A stretch of 64,000 nt of DNA from Planctomycetota bacterium (GTDB lineage Bacteria; Planctomycetota; JAJSAM01; JAJVHW01). Numbering within the stretch: position 1 is the first letter of the stretch; each line of letters opens with the position of its first letter. The translations under genes were made by a program, and so were the position numbers. Shown in pieces: positions 9,661 through 20,313 of this stretch. The notes below the pieces were generated by a model, which saw only the letters and a program-made list of their open reading frames with translations, was not told where the DNA came from and made no database searches. The DNA lies in contig CBDFJG010000003.1 in the NCBI GenBank assembly GCA_965248445.1, positions 1,568,001 to 1,632,000 of the forward strand. Reading direction: 5' to 3'.

Positions 9661-12003
9661 ATGTCCCTACGCACTCAGCGCGCTACGTTGTTCGTGTTCT
9701 TGGCTGCCGCCGGCCTGCTGGGTGGTGGAGGGACGCACGCAGCCGAGGCGCCCGGGTCGGACTGGCTGGACCCCGGGTTTGGCGTGGCGACCACGTGTTA
9801 CGAGGGCTACGGCGACCCAAGCTCCGAGGAGCAAGAGCTGCTCGAGCACATGAACCGCGCGCGAAGGGATCCTGTCGGCGAGGGCGATCGTGCGGCGGCC
9901 TTCTACCGCGATGTGTCCTTGCAGTCGTCGCACCTTCTCGCGGCCGCCCGGCTAACCGGGGTTCCGGAGTTCACTCCCGTCGAGACTCACGATGCGATCA
10001 CGGCGATTCCCCCGGCGCCGCCGCTCGTTTTCGACGGCACCCTGATCGACGTCGCACGTGCCCACGCTCAGGTGATGTCCGACCTGGATCAGCAGACGTT
10101 TCAGGGTCCGGGCGAGGCCGTGCTCGAACAGCGCGTCGTGGATGCCGGGTACCCCGATGGCGCCACGTTCGACGAGTTCATCTACGGGTACGGCCGCGAA
10201 CCACTCAACATTCACGGTGTGTTCATGCTCGACGTCGGCCAACCTGTGGACGCGACCACCGGCCGGCGCGCTACCGGTCACCGCGACACGATCATGGACC
10301 CGGACTTCATAGAGATCGGCGTCGGGATCGTCGATCGCCAGCGCACAGACGGCTCGCCGCCTCTCGTTACGCTCGGCCCCAAGGTCGTCACGATCGACTT
10401 CTCGAAACCGCTCTCCCCTCTGCGCTACGTGACCGGTGTCTGCTACGTCGACTTGGACGGAGACGGTGCGTACGGCCGCGACGAGGGCATCGAGGGCGTG
10501 CGTGTAGAGACCGACGCGACGAGCGAGTACACGATCACGTCGTCAAGCGGCGGTTACGCCATCCCGGTCACCCCCGGGATTGGCGAGATCCAGGTGCGTG
10601 CCACGGGACGTCGCGGACATCTCTCGGCGCGCTTCGGTGTGGACACGAAGACGGTGAACGTCGGTGACAACAGTGTGAAGGTCGACTTCGTGGTGCCGTT
10701 CGAGTTCCCGCAGCCGACCCGGATCTCGGCGTCGTTCATCGATCTCGACGATGGCGAGACGACCGTCATCGATCTGCCGATCGCCGAATCGGAGCCGGCC
10801 GTGGGCCGCGTCCATCGGGTCGACCTGGATGTCGGCATCGGTCACTCCGACCGTGCGGATCTGACGCTCGTGCTCGAGTCTCCCGACGGCAGACTGGTCA
10901 CCTTGATCCGCGGCGGTTCGCCCGGGGTCGACTTCCGCGGGTCGTTCCCGCTGAACCTGGCCCCGGTCGAGGACATGCGAGCATTCGCGGGGGCGCCCGT
11001 GTCGGGCACGTGGCGATTGCACGTCACGGACGCCGCCGCAGGCGGCGTCGGCCGCGTTGACGCAGTCATGCTGCACGTGCTTCCCGAGCAGTTCGAACCG
11101 ATCGAGTCACCACTGACGGGGCTCCGACTCACGCGGCTGCGGCTGCGCAATTCGAAGCGCTCGGGACGGGACAGGGTCGAGATCGCGGGGACGATCGACG
11201 CGTACGGCAACGTGCTCCAACCGGCCGAGGGAGCGGAGATCCGCATTCGCGTACCGGGCGACGGCGGTGCCGAGATCCTCCGGGCTGTGCTGGTCGGCGA
11301 CGACGTCAACAACGCTCCGCTCAAGGTCCGCTCGAAGTTCCGCTGGAATCGCAAGGGCACGACGCGCACGACGTTCACAGCGACGATCAAGAGAGCGAGT
11401 CTGCCGGCGTTGCCGGAGCGCGTGATCGTGGAGCTGCATCTCGGTGGAGTCATCGTTGCGGAAGACGTGCCGCTGTACTCGAACGGACGTCTCGCCGGGC
11501 AGTTCGCGAGCCCGAGCCGTCGCGACCCGGAACTGCGTCTCAGCATCGACCGGGTCACGACGAGTACGCGCCGCGGCGTTCGCGTCCTGAAGGTCCGGGC
11601 GAAGATGTCGGTGCCGCCCGGACTGGTCCCGCCGCCGGTCCTGCGTCCGATCGTCTTCCCGGACGGGCGCGCGCACCTGCGAATCGGTCGTGTGACGATG
11701 ACGGCTCCCGTGGATCCGGCTCCGTTCGCCCGGCGCGGCTGGGCCAACACTCCGCTCGCAGACTTCGCCGTTTCCCCGGAGCACAAGGCCCTGCTCGCGC
11801 AGCCGGAATTCGCGCTGTTGCACGATCCGTACGCCGAGATCCGGAGCGTGAGCATCAACTTCCGAACGGGTGGGGTCATCATGCACGTACCGGCGGCGGA
11901 AGCACTGCTGGATGGCACTGTGCTCGTGCGGCTGCGCATCGGCTCGCATGTCGCCTTCGCCAGCGTGGGCGTGCGCACGACTCGGCGCGGCGTCCGCTAC
12001 TGA
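9661..12003 (+). CDS. Secreted CAP (SCP) domain protein with SdrD-B-like and proprotein-convertase P domains
   Basis: GGAGG RBS, signal peptide, ELLEHMNRARRDP, GHRDTIMDPDFIEIGVG (CAP), YVDLDGDGAYGRDEG, and HSDRADLTLVLESPDG...GTWRLHVTD (P domain). Confidence 0.8.
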   Translation: MSLRTQRATLFVFLAAAGLLGGGGTHAAEAPGSDWLDPGFGVATTCYEGYGDPSSEEQELLEHMNRARRDPVGEGDRAAAFYRDVSLQSSHLLAAARLTGVPEFTPVETHDAITAIPPAPPLVFDGTLIDVARAHAQVMSDLDQQTFQGPGEAVLEQRVVDAGYPDGATFDEFIYGYGREPLNIHGVFMLDVGQPVDATTGRRATGHRDTIMDPDFIEIGVGIVDRQRTDGSPPLVTLGPKVVTIDFSKPLSPLRYVTGVCYVDLDGDGAYGRDEGIEGVRVETDATSEYTITSSSGGYAIPVTPGIGEIQVRATGRRGHLSARFGVDTKTVNVGDNSVKVDFVVPFEFPQPTRISASFIDLDDGETTVIDLPIAESEPAVGRVHRVDLDVGIGHSDRADLTLVLESPDGRLVTLIRGGSPGVDFRGSFPLNLAPVEDMRAFAGAPVSGTWRLHVTDAAAGGVGRVDAVMLHVLPEQFEPIESPLTGLRLTRLRLRNSKRSGRDRVEIAGTIDAYGNVLQPAEGAEIRIRVPGDGGAEILRAVLVGDDVNNAPLKVRSKFRWNRKGTTRTTFTATIKRASLPALPERVIVELHLGGVIVAEDVPLYSNGRLAGQFASPSRRDPELRLSIDRVTTSTRRGVRVLKVRAKMSVPPGLVPPPVLRPIVFPDGRAHLRIGRVTMTAPVDPAPFARRGWANTPLADFAVSPEHKALLAQPEFALLHDPYAEIRSVSINFRTGGVIMHVPAAEALLDGTVLVRLRIGSHVAFASVGVRTTRRGVRY

Positions 12004-12096
12004 CCCCTGCCCTCAACGCTCGGTCGGCGGGCAGACAGAGCGCCGGTAGCATCCCGGGTCCGCCCTGCGGGAGCAGCGCGGGCACGGAGCAGAACG

Positions 12097-14748
12097 ATGT
12101 CGATGGCCAAGCACTGGGTCCCGAAAGACCACGAGCAGGAGATCTACCGCCGCTGGGAGGAGTCCGGCGCGTTCGTCGCGGACGCGAGCTCGGACCGACC
12201 GGCGTTCACGATCTCCATGCCTCCGCCCAACGCCACGGGAACGCTGCACCTCGGGCACTCGATCATGCTCGCCATCGAGGACGCAATGGCCCGCTGGCGG
12301 CGCATGTCGGGCGACGAGGTGCTCTGGCTCCCGGGCACCGATCACGCGGCGATCGCGACCGAGGCCGTGGTGATCCACCAGTTGCAAGCGAGCGGCATGG
12401 CCGACCCGCGTGGTGAGCTCGGGCGAGATGAGCTGGTACGGCGGATCGCCGAGTTCGTGGACGGCTCGCGAAGCACGATCCGCTCGCAGATCCGCGCCAT
12501 GGGCGCATCGTGCGACTGGTCGCGCGAACGTTACACAATGGACCCGTCACTGCACCGCTGCGTGGACGAGGTGTTCGCCAAGATGTTCGCGGACGGACTG
12601 ATCTACCGAGGGCCGCGCATCGTGAACTGGGACCCCCATCTCCAGACCACGGTGTCCGACGACGAGATCTACCACGAGACGCGCCAGGCCAAGTTCTACA
12701 CGCTGCGGTACGGGCCGTTTCTTGTCGGCACCAGCAGGCCGGAGACGAAGCTCGGCGACACCGCCGTCGCGGTGCATCCGGACGACGATCGCTACAAGCA
12801 CCACGTCGGCAAGACGTACGAGGTGCCGTGGCCCAAGGGCCCGACGATCTCGGTCAAGGTCGTGGCGGACGAGGCCGTGGACCCCGAGTTCGGGACCGGC
12901 TGCCTGGGCGTGACACCGGCACACAGCGCGATCGACTTCGAGATCGCCCAGAAGAACGACCTGCCGCTCGTCCAGATCATCGGCGAGGACGGTCGCATGA
13001 CCGAGGCCGCCGGTCCGCACTACGCCGGCATGACCGTGCTCGAGTGCCGCAAGGCGTTCGCGGCCGAACTCGAAGCCGTCGGCTTGCTCGCCGACGTGAA
13101 GGACTACGACCAGCAGCTGTCCCTCTGCTACCGGTCGAAGAAGCCCATCGAACCGTTGCCCAAGGAGCAGTGGTTCGTGAACGTGAACCGCTCCGTGGTC
13201 CCGTGGAAGGGCCGCAGCATGTCGCTCAAGGAAGTGATGCGCGACGTGGTCGAGTCCGGCGACATCCGCATCCTCCCGGACCACGAGGAGCGCAAGTACT
13301 TCCACTGGATCGACAACCTGCGCGACTGGTGCGTGTCGCGGCAGATCTGGTGGGGTCACCGGGTGCCCGTGTGGACGCGCGGCGACGAGCAGCACGTGGG
13401 ACACGTGGCGCCGACCGGCGATGGCTGGGTGCAGGACAACGACACCCTCGACACGTGGTTCAGCTCGGCGCTCTGGACGTGGAGCACACTGCTCGATCCG
13501 GCGATCGTCGAGGACACGTCGCGCGACCTGGCACAGCTCCTCGCGGACAGCCCGGACTTCCAGAAGTTCCACCCGACCTCCGTGATGGAGACGGGCTACG
13601 ACATCATCTTCTTCTGGGTCGCGCGCATGATCCTGATGACGACGTACGCCACGGGACAGATCCCGTTCGAGACCGTGTACCTGCACGGCATGGTGCTCGA
13701 CCGCGACGGCGACAAGATGTCGAAGTCCAAACCCGAGACGTCCATCGATCCGGTCGAGACGATCGACGAGCTCGGTGCCGACGTCCTACGCCTGGCGATG
13801 ATGCTCGGCAACTCGCCCGGCCGGGACCTCAAGCTCGGCAAGGAGCGGCTGACCGGCTGCAAGCGGCTGATCAACAAGCTCTGGAACGCGACGAAGCTCG
13901 TGCTCATCACACTCGGAGACGACCGTCCGGACGGGCTCCCTGCAACGATCGAACACCCCGTCAACCGTTGGATGGTGGCCCGTCTGGACACCGTCGTCTC
14001 GGAGGTGGACAAGCGATTCACGGGCTGGCACTTCGGCGACGCTGCCGAGGTGATCCGCGCGTCGTTCTGGGACAACTTCTGCGATGTGTACCTCGAAGCG
14101 ATCAAGGTGCCTGAACTCGCGGAGCTCGCCGAGACCAAGGGCGTCCTGCTGCACGGACTTCGCACCTACGTCGCACTGCTGCATCCGTACATGCCGTTCG
14201 TGACGGAGCACCTGTGGGCCAAAACCGGCGGCGAAGGCATGCTGGTCCGCGCACCGTGGCCGACGGCTTCGGGCCACGAGATCCACGCATCCGGCATCGA
14301 CGCCGTCGTGCGTCTGCTCAACGCCGTGCGCGGCATCCGCGCCGAGCAGGAGATCGACCCGCACAGCAAGGTGGACGTAACCGTCATCGCGAATCGCGAC
14401 ACGGCGGCATTCGAAGCATCCCGCGCGGTGATCGAGCGCTTGATCAAGAGCGACAAGCTGACGATCACGGCCGACGGCGAAGCTCCCGACGGCGCCGCCG
14501 TCGCTGTGGACCCGGAATTCCAGGCCGCCGTCATGCTCGGCGCCGCCGACCGCGAGGCCATGCGCGCCCGCTTCGCGAAGCAACTCGAGAAGTCCGAGGG
14601 ACAGCTCGCGGGCGTCGAGAAGCGGCTCGCGAACGAGAACTTCGTCAACCGCGCGAAGCCAGAGGCCGTCGAACGCGCCCGCAACGACGCCGAGAGCCTC
14701 CGCACGACGATCGCAGCACTGCGCGAACGCCTTGCGACGATGAACTGA
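12097..14748 (+). CDS. valS: Valine--tRNA ligase
   Basis: PPPNATGTLHLGH (HIGH), GTDHAAIATE, DWCVSRQIWWGH, KMSKS and a C-terminal coiled coil (RLANENFVNRAKPE). Confidence 0.97.
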   Translation: MSMAKHWVPKDHEQEIYRRWEESGAFVADASSDRPAFTISMPPPNATGTLHLGHSIMLAIEDAMARWRRMSGDEVLWLPGTDHAAIATEAVVIHQLQASGMADPRGELGRDELVRRIAEFVDGSRSTIRSQIRAMGASCDWSRERYTMDPSLHRCVDEVFAKMFADGLIYRGPRIVNWDPHLQTTVSDDEIYHETRQAKFYTLRYGPFLVGTSRPETKLGDTAVAVHPDDDRYKHHVGKTYEVPWPKGPTISVKVVADEAVDPEFGTGCLGVTPAHSAIDFEIAQKNDLPLVQIIGEDGRMTEAAGPHYAGMTVLECRKAFAAELEAVGLLADVKDYDQQLSLCYRSKKPIEPLPKEQWFVNVNRSVVPWKGRSMSLKEVMRDVVESGDIRILPDHEERKYFHWIDNLRDWCVSRQIWWGHRVPVWTRGDEQHVGHVAPTGDGWVQDNDTLDTWFSSALWTWSTLLDPAIVEDTSRDLAQLLADSPDFQKFHPTSVMETGYDIIFFWVARMILMTTYATGQIPFETVYLHGMVLDRDGDKMSKSKPETSIDPVETIDELGADVLRLAMMLGNSPGRDLKLGKERLTGCKRLINKLWNATKLVLITLGDDRPDGLPATIEHPVNRWMVARLDTVVSEVDKRFTGWHFGDAAEVIRASFWDNFCDVYLEAIKVPELAELAETKGVLLHGLRTYVALLHPYMPFVTEHLWAKTGGEGMLVRAPWPTASGHEIHASGIDAVVRLLNAVRGIRAEQEIDPHSKVDVTVIANRDTAAFEASRAVIERLIKSDKLTITADGEAPDGAAVAVDPEFQAAVMLGAADREAMRARFAKQLEKSEGQLAGVEKRLANENFVNRAKPEAVERARNDAESLRTTIAALRERLATMN

Positions 14749-14791
14749 GGCGCAGAGACCGGATCGCCCGAGCGTGTCGTAGCCTGCGACA

Positions 14792-16669
14792 GTGAGTGCC
14801 AGGGCGGGTCGGAGGGAGCGGGTGGTGGCGGCGCTTCTGCTCGTCGCGTCCGTCGTCGCCGGCGTCCAGTGGTTTCGCCATCCGCAACTGCAGGACGGAG
14901 TGAACTGGACGCGCGCTGCGCCCCCGGCCGACGAACAGCCGCGCAGCCGTGTGACGAACTTGCTCCTGCGTTTCGCGGACGGCGCGTGGTCGCTCGACGA
15001 GAGCGAGACCGTCGCGGTCGCCCCCGCCTACAACGCCGGGTGGACGCTGCAGCGGCCCCTGGGACCGTCCGCCCTCGACCGGCGGATCATGGGCCTGTGG
15101 CCCGTCGGAGCGACGTACCCGCGGTGGTCCGGGCCGTCCGCGACGCTGCGGAGCGAGTACGAGTTCGTCGGCGACGAGGCCGTCGACCTCGCACACATCT
15201 CGGCGCGGCCCACCTGGTACGCGCGCGTCAGCGACTGGCCCACACAGCGGACCCTACTGCCCGGCCGGTTCGCAACGCTCAACGCCCCGAGCCTCTGGTT
15301 GCCGTACGCGCAACCGGCCAACTCGCAGCACCGGGCCGTGCTCCAGGTGGTGAGTATGGACTCCGCGACGGCCGATGAGATCACCTCGCTGGAAGACGTG
15401 CGCACTCGCATGGCGCTGCTCGCGGGAGAGATGGCCCGGTCGGCAGAGCTCTACACCGGCGACCGGCACGGCTGGCTGCATCTGTACGAGGAGAGACTCG
15501 TCGACGCGTTCGGGCTGACTCTCGTGCTGAATCTGCGTCGCGACTCTCTCCGGCCCGTGCGCGATCGACTGGCGGAGTGGGTCTCGGCGCCGGACACGGA
15601 TATTCGCGACGGTCACGCGAGCCTGGATCGGGTTCTCGCCTGGGGACGCTTACTCGGACCGGCTCAGCCGACGGACGACGAGGTCGCGACCGCGTTGGAG
15701 GAACTCTCGAGCTGGGCCGGGGATCGCGCCGTGCGTTGGGTCGTCTCGTCGAACGAACACGCGCTGCGCGACCACCCGGCGGTCGTGCGGAGACGCGCGC
15801 AGCTGTCTGCGCCGCACTCCCGTCCGCAGCGTGCCATCGCGTTGGTCAACACGTTCATGGTGTCGATACTCGTGGCCGCAGGTGCCGGCGTGTGGTGGGT
15901 GCTGCGGCGCGGCGGATTTCGTCTCGCGGCCGGCCCGGATGGCGAGCGCCGCTTGCAGCTGTCTCTGCTCGTCGCTCTGATCCTCGCGTCGGTCCACCGG
16001 CCGGCGTGGGCCCGGATCGATCTCGGCAACGTTGGGCTGCTGTTGGCAGCTCTGTCGTGCTGGTCGCTTGCATCATCCCGGCGCGCGCGCTGGGCCGGCG
16101 TCGCATTCGTGACGGCCGCGTTGCTGCAGCCCATGTCCGAGTGGTTCGGGTCCGCCGCGCTGGATGCGCTCTCCCGCGCCGCCGCGTTCGCCGGGCTGGC
16201 ACTCGTCGTTGTCGCCCGGCGCGCGACGACTGCGGTCGACGAGACGCTGCCCCCCCGTCGCGCCGCGCCCGCGACCCGGCGAACTGCACTTCAACACGTG
16301 GCCGTGGTCGGCGTCGCGGTGCTTCTCATCCACTACGCGTTCGGTTTCGACTACACGGGTCTGGTCCGGCCCGAGCCCGAGGCGCTCGGCCGTGCGGCAT
16401 GGCTTGTGCTCGCGCTGCTCGCCGGGGCGGTGCTGGTCGTGCCTCGCCGCAGCCCGCGGGATTCCGTGCTGCGCGTTCCACTGGCCGCTTACGCCCTGGC
16501 GGTCGGGGCGTCGGCCCACATCGTCACCTGCCTGCTCGCGGCGACGGGTAGCCGGATCGACGCCTGGGACAGCCCGTCCGCCATCGGAGCGCTGGCAGCC
16601 GTCGTACTGCTCGGCGGCGTCGCGATCCGGATACTCTTCCGCGCACGGTTGCACGGGAGGGCGACGTGA
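14792..16669 (+). CDS. Multi-pass membrane hypothetical protein
   Basis: N-terminal TM, large soluble region, then many TM helices. GTGA-coupled to the next gene. Confidence 0.65.
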   Translation: MSARAGRRERVVAALLLVASVVAGVQWFRHPQLQDGVNWTRAAPPADEQPRSRVTNLLLRFADGAWSLDESETVAVAPAYNAGWTLQRPLGPSALDRRIMGLWPVGATYPRWSGPSATLRSEYEFVGDEAVDLAHISARPTWYARVSDWPTQRTLLPGRFATLNAPSLWLPYAQPANSQHRAVLQVVSMDSATADEITSLEDVRTRMALLAGEMARSAELYTGDRHGWLHLYEERLVDAFGLTLVLNLRRDSLRPVRDRLAEWVSAPDTDIRDGHASLDRVLAWGRLLGPAQPTDDEVATALEELSSWAGDRAVRWVVSSNEHALRDHPAVVRRRAQLSAPHSRPQRAIALVNTFMVSILVAAGAGVWWVLRRGGFRLAAGPDGERRLQLSLLVALILASVHRPAWARIDLGNVGLLLAALSCWSLASSRRARWAGVAFVTAALLQPMSEWFGSAALDALSRAAAFAGLALVVVARRATTAVDETLPPRRAAPATRRTALQHVAVVGVAVLLIHYAFGFDYTGLVRPEPEALGRAAWLVLALLAGAVLVVPRRSPRDSVLRVPLAAYALAVGASAHIVTCLLAATGSRIDAWDSPSAIGALAAVVLLGGVAIRILFRARLHGRAT

Positions 16670-18588
16670 ACGAGCGGCAGGCACCCCGGTGGCGCGGGCT
16701 TCTTGGACTGCGTGCCGCCCTCGCCGTGGCGATCGCCATAGGCGTCGTGCTGGCGTTGGTCCTCGAGATCGATCGAGCACAGGACGGCTTTCACTTCACA
16801 CACCGCGCGGTCACCGCGGACGACAGGCCGGCCGGCGTCGCCCGGTACGCAGTCATCCGTAAGACCGAGACCGGATGGGAGATCCTCCGCGGGAGCGCCG
16901 TGTCGCAGCCCGTGCGTGACCGAGAGAGGTGGCACTACCAGACCTCCTCCAACACCGGCGAGCTGGGCCCCGTCCAGTACATGCTGCTGCAGCCTCCCGG
17001 CACGGCGGCGCTTGCGGACTGGACGCCGGAGTCCTGGGTTCGTCTGTCGGTGAGCGTGGCCGACAAGCCACGTCTGCTGAACCCGACTCAGGAGAGTTAC
17101 GACGGCGCCCGGCTGATGTTCGGCGACGGGGACCGCTTCCTCTGGACGCCGGGCAATGCCACGCTCGTTCCGCGGGACATCGTGAGCGTCCCGTGGAATT
17201 CGTATCCGGATGCGAGTGAAGCGGGTCGTGCCCACGTCCTTCTGGCTGTGCTCGACTCGCAGGGTGACGCGGAATGGACCCTCGACACCTGGCGCTCACG
17301 CATCGCCGAGAGTCTGTCGCTTGCGGCGGACGCGCTGGAGCGAGACGTCGGGCGAAACTTCGAGAGACAGCGAATCTACGCCATCGCGTGGGGAGCTCAC
17401 TGGGAACAGAACACGGCACAACTCGCGGACCTGGCGATGTTGCTGCGGATCCACGAGGCGGCGCCCGCTCTCGAGCGGCTGGAGCAACACTGGCAGGGAA
17501 GAGGCGGCGCGCACGCCCGCTTCGTGCTGCGCGTGCTGACCGATGAGGTGAGTCCGGCCGACCTCGAACCGGATCACCTCTGGACGTTCCTCGCGCGTTG
17601 GCAGGGGAACCCGTGGATTCTGGATTCGATCGCGCACGGCGACGCGTATCCGCGACATCTGCGCGATGCCGCCACACGCGCCGCGACCTTCGCCTGGCGA
17701 CGCCAGCGAGACCAACGGTCCCGACACTGGTCGGAGTGGACTCGCGGCGAACGACTCGCGGTGTTTGGGTCGCTCCTCTTGCTCTCCGCCGGGCTGGTCG
17801 TGCTCGGCCTGCGCGGCGCCGGGTGGCGAACGCAGATGGCCGGCGGCGCCCTGGCGATCGCGCTGTTCGCTGCAACGCTGGCCGGCGTCGCCGGATTCCC
17901 CCTCGTCACGTGGGCGGCGGCGGGCGTCATGGCCGCGACCGCGGTCGCTCTCGCGCACCGCGCTGCGCGCCCCGCGGCGAGACCCTGGCCGGCGTGGCTC
18001 ATGGCAGTCGGCGCGGCCTGCACAGCCGCGGCGCTGGCCGACGGCGGGTTCGCAGCGGTGCTCGCCCGTGCGGGGGCGTTCTGCACGTTCGTCTCGCTTG
18101 CCGGACTCGCGATCGCCGCGGACGATCTGTGGACGACGACGGATGTGCCTCCACCGGTAAGTCCCGGGCGGGTACGCCGTGGTCAAGTCGTGGTCCTCTC
18201 ACTGGTGGCCATTGCCGGTGCGGCCGTTGTCGTCTGGGTGTACGAACCCGGCTATGGCAAGGCGCTCTTTCGGCTGTTGCGACGCGCGGCCTACCTGGTT
18301 CCCACGGGGACGGTGCTACTGCTGGCCACGGTCGGCGTCCTGATCGGAGCATCACGCTTCTCCACGCGGGACGGAGAGCGCTCCCTCGGGCACGGCGCCG
18401 TGTTCACACCCGCCCTTCTCCTGGGCGTGTGTGCGCATGTGACGTTCCTCGTGCTCGCAGCGCGCAGTGCGGTGACCGACCAGCGGGCACACGTTCTCTC
18501 GTGGATCGGGATTGCGGCCGCGCTCATCGTCGTGTGGACCGCTGTCACGCGCGTGCTTGCAGGCGGACGCCCACGGCGGCAATCATGA
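16666..18588 (+). CDS. Multi-pass membrane hypothetical protein (same architecture as upstream gene)
   Basis: Same topology as 14792..16669; GGGAGG RBS; overlapping start/stop. Confidence 0.65.
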   Translation: MNERQAPRWRGLLGLRAALAVAIAIGVVLALVLEIDRAQDGFHFTHRAVTADDRPAGVARYAVIRKTETGWEILRGSAVSQPVRDRERWHYQTSSNTGELGPVQYMLLQPPGTAALADWTPESWVRLSVSVADKPRLLNPTQESYDGARLMFGDGDRFLWTPGNATLVPRDIVSVPWNSYPDASEAGRAHVLLAVLDSQGDAEWTLDTWRSRIAESLSLAADALERDVGRNFERQRIYAIAWGAHWEQNTAQLADLAMLLRIHEAAPALERLEQHWQGRGGAHARFVLRVLTDEVSPADLEPDHLWTFLARWQGNPWILDSIAHGDAYPRHLRDAATRAATFAWRRQRDQRSRHWSEWTRGERLAVFGSLLLLSAGLVVLGLRGAGWRTQMAGGALAIALFAATLAGVAGFPLVTWAAAGVMAATAVALAHRAARPAARPWPAWLMAVGAACTAAALADGGFAAVLARAGAFCTFVSLAGLAIAADDLWTTTDVPPPVSPGRVRRGQVVVLSLVAIAGAAVVVWVYEPGYGKALFRLLRRAAYLVPTGTVLLLATVGVLIGASRFSTRDGERSLGHGAVFTPALLLGVCAHVTFLVLAARSAVTDQRAHVLSWIGIAAALIVVWTAVTRVLAGGRPRRQS

Positions 18589-18627
18589 TCGCCACGGCGA
18601 AGCGTATCCTCTGAGCAGGAGGACGGC

Positions 18628-19362
18628 GTGAGAGAGGTCCCATTCGAGACGCACGGGATGTTCGGGGAGCGCGCGCGGCTCTACGACCGCATCTACCACT
18701 GGAAGGACTACGCCGCGGAGTCGGAGGCGCTGCACGCGCTGCTGCAGGCCGAGGGCGTGGCCGACGGGGCGCGGCTGGTGGATGCGGCCTGCGGCACCGG
18801 GACACACCTCGTCGAACTCGCCAAGTGGTACGACGTCTCCGGGTTCGATCTGGCGGAACCGATGCTCGCGATCGCCCGGACGAAGCTGCCGGGCGTGTCG
18901 CTGGTGGAGGGAGATCTCGCGGATTTCACGGTCGACCGGCCCGCGGACGTCGTCACGTGCCTGTTCAGCGCGTTCGGGTGCGTCTATCCCGAGGAGCGCA
19001 TCCGTGCATCCGCGCACAGCTTCGCCCGGGCGCTGGCACCGGGCGGAGTGGCCCTGATCGAACCCTGGATCCAACCGGAAAGCTTCATTCCCGACCACGT
19101 CAGCGTGCAGACTGCGCTCGACGGATTGCCGAAGCTCGTGCGCGTCTGCCGGACGCGCTTGGACGGGCGCAAGACCGCCCTCGAGTTCACGTGGCTCGTC
19201 TGCAGTCCGGACGGGATCGAGCAGTTCGAGGAGACACAGGTGCTCTGGTTGTCCACGCGGGACGAACTGCTCGGCGCGTTCCGCGGCGCGGGACTCGACG
19301 CGCGCTGGGAGCACCCGGGGCCGATGGGCCGCGGACTGGTCGTCGCGAAGAAGCCGGCGTGA
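18628..19362 (+). CDS. Class I SAM-dependent methyltransferase (TylM1/DesVI-like)
   Basis: YDRIYHWKDYAAE, LVDAACGTGTH, VTCLFS, IEPW; AGGAGG RBS. Confidence 0.88.
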   Translation: MREVPFETHGMFGERARLYDRIYHWKDYAAESEALHALLQAEGVADGARLVDAACGTGTHLVELAKWYDVSGFDLAEPMLAIARTKLPGVSLVEGDLADFTVDRPADVVTCLFSAFGCVYPEERIRASAHSFARALAPGGVALIEPWIQPESFIPDHVSVQTALDGLPKLVRVCRTRLDGRKTALEFTWLVCSPDGIEQFEETQVLWLSTRDELLGAFRGAGLDARWEHPGPMGRGLVVAKKPA

Positions 19363-20303
19363 CCGAGGACTTCCCCTGGACGCCGGATCACAAGCTCACC
19401 GTGGAGCAGGTGCGTACCGCTCTCGCGGACGCGCTGCCGGAATCAGCGCTCGGCGACGTCGCCTTCCTCGCCTCGGGCTGGGACAACTACGCCTACGAAG
19501 CCGAGGTCGACGGCGCGGCGTGGATCTTCCGGTTCCCCAAGCGCGAGAACCGCGTGGCGTGGCTGCTGCGTGAGGTCCGCGTGCTGGACGTGCTGCGGCC
19601 GCACGTACCTTGCCCCGTTCCTGCGGAAGTCGGACCGTTCACGTCGGATGCGGTGCCCTACCCGTTCGCCGGATATCCGCGGTTGCCGGGAAGGCAGGCG
19701 CAGTACCTCCCTGCGGACTGGCCGGGCGCCGTTCGTGTGGCCGAGGACCTCGCGGCGTTCCTGTCCGCGCTGCACGCGATCCCGGTCGACGCGTACGACG
19801 GCATCGACATCCACGACTATCGCGCGGGCGGCAGCCTCGCGAACAGCCGCAAGAAGGCCCTCGCCGCGCTGGACGTCGTGACGGACATGCTCACGCCCGC
19901 ACTCGTGCGCGACGTCCGAACTGCTCTCACGATCGAGGTCACAGAGGCGGCGGATCACTGCGGCATTCACTGCGACCTGGGTGACGACCACATCCTCACC
20001 GACGAGGCCGGCCGCGTGACCGGCATCATCGACTGGGCCGACTTCTCGCACGGCTCGCGGCACGTCGACTTCGTCGGCGGGACGATGACGTTCGGCGATG
20101 CGTTCCTGCTGCCGGCACTCGAGGCCTACGACCGGCCGATGGACGGCGACTTCGCGCGACGTGTGCGGTTCTCGAGCCTCTCCGTGATGGTGCGGTGTCT
20201 GGACTGGGGCCGGAAGGAGGAGGACCACCGGTGGACGGCGTGGGGTCGCGCGCGGTTGCCGTTCGTCGTCGCCGAGGTCCTGGGGAAGCCACCGATCGGA
20301 TAA
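19359..20303 (+). CDS. Aminoglycoside phosphotransferase family kinase
   Basis: GWDN, IFRFPK, HCDLGDDHIL (Brenner motif), GIIDWAD. GTG overlaps the methyltransferase stop. Confidence 0.85.
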   Translation: MTEDFPWTPDHKLTVEQVRTALADALPESALGDVAFLASGWDNYAYEAEVDGAAWIFRFPKRENRVAWLLREVRVLDVLRPHVPCPVPAEVGPFTSDAVPYPFAGYPRLPGRQAQYLPADWPGAVRVAEDLAAFLSALHAIPVDAYDGIDIHDYRAGGSLANSRKKALAALDVVTDMLTPALVRDVRTALTIEVTEAADHCGIHCDLGDDHILTDEAGRVTGIIDWADFSHGSRHVDFVGGTMTFGDAFLLPALEAYDRPMDGDFARRVRFSSLSVMVRCLDWGRKEEDHRWTAWGRARLPFVVAEVLGKPPIG

Positions 20304-20313
20304 CCTCCCTCTC

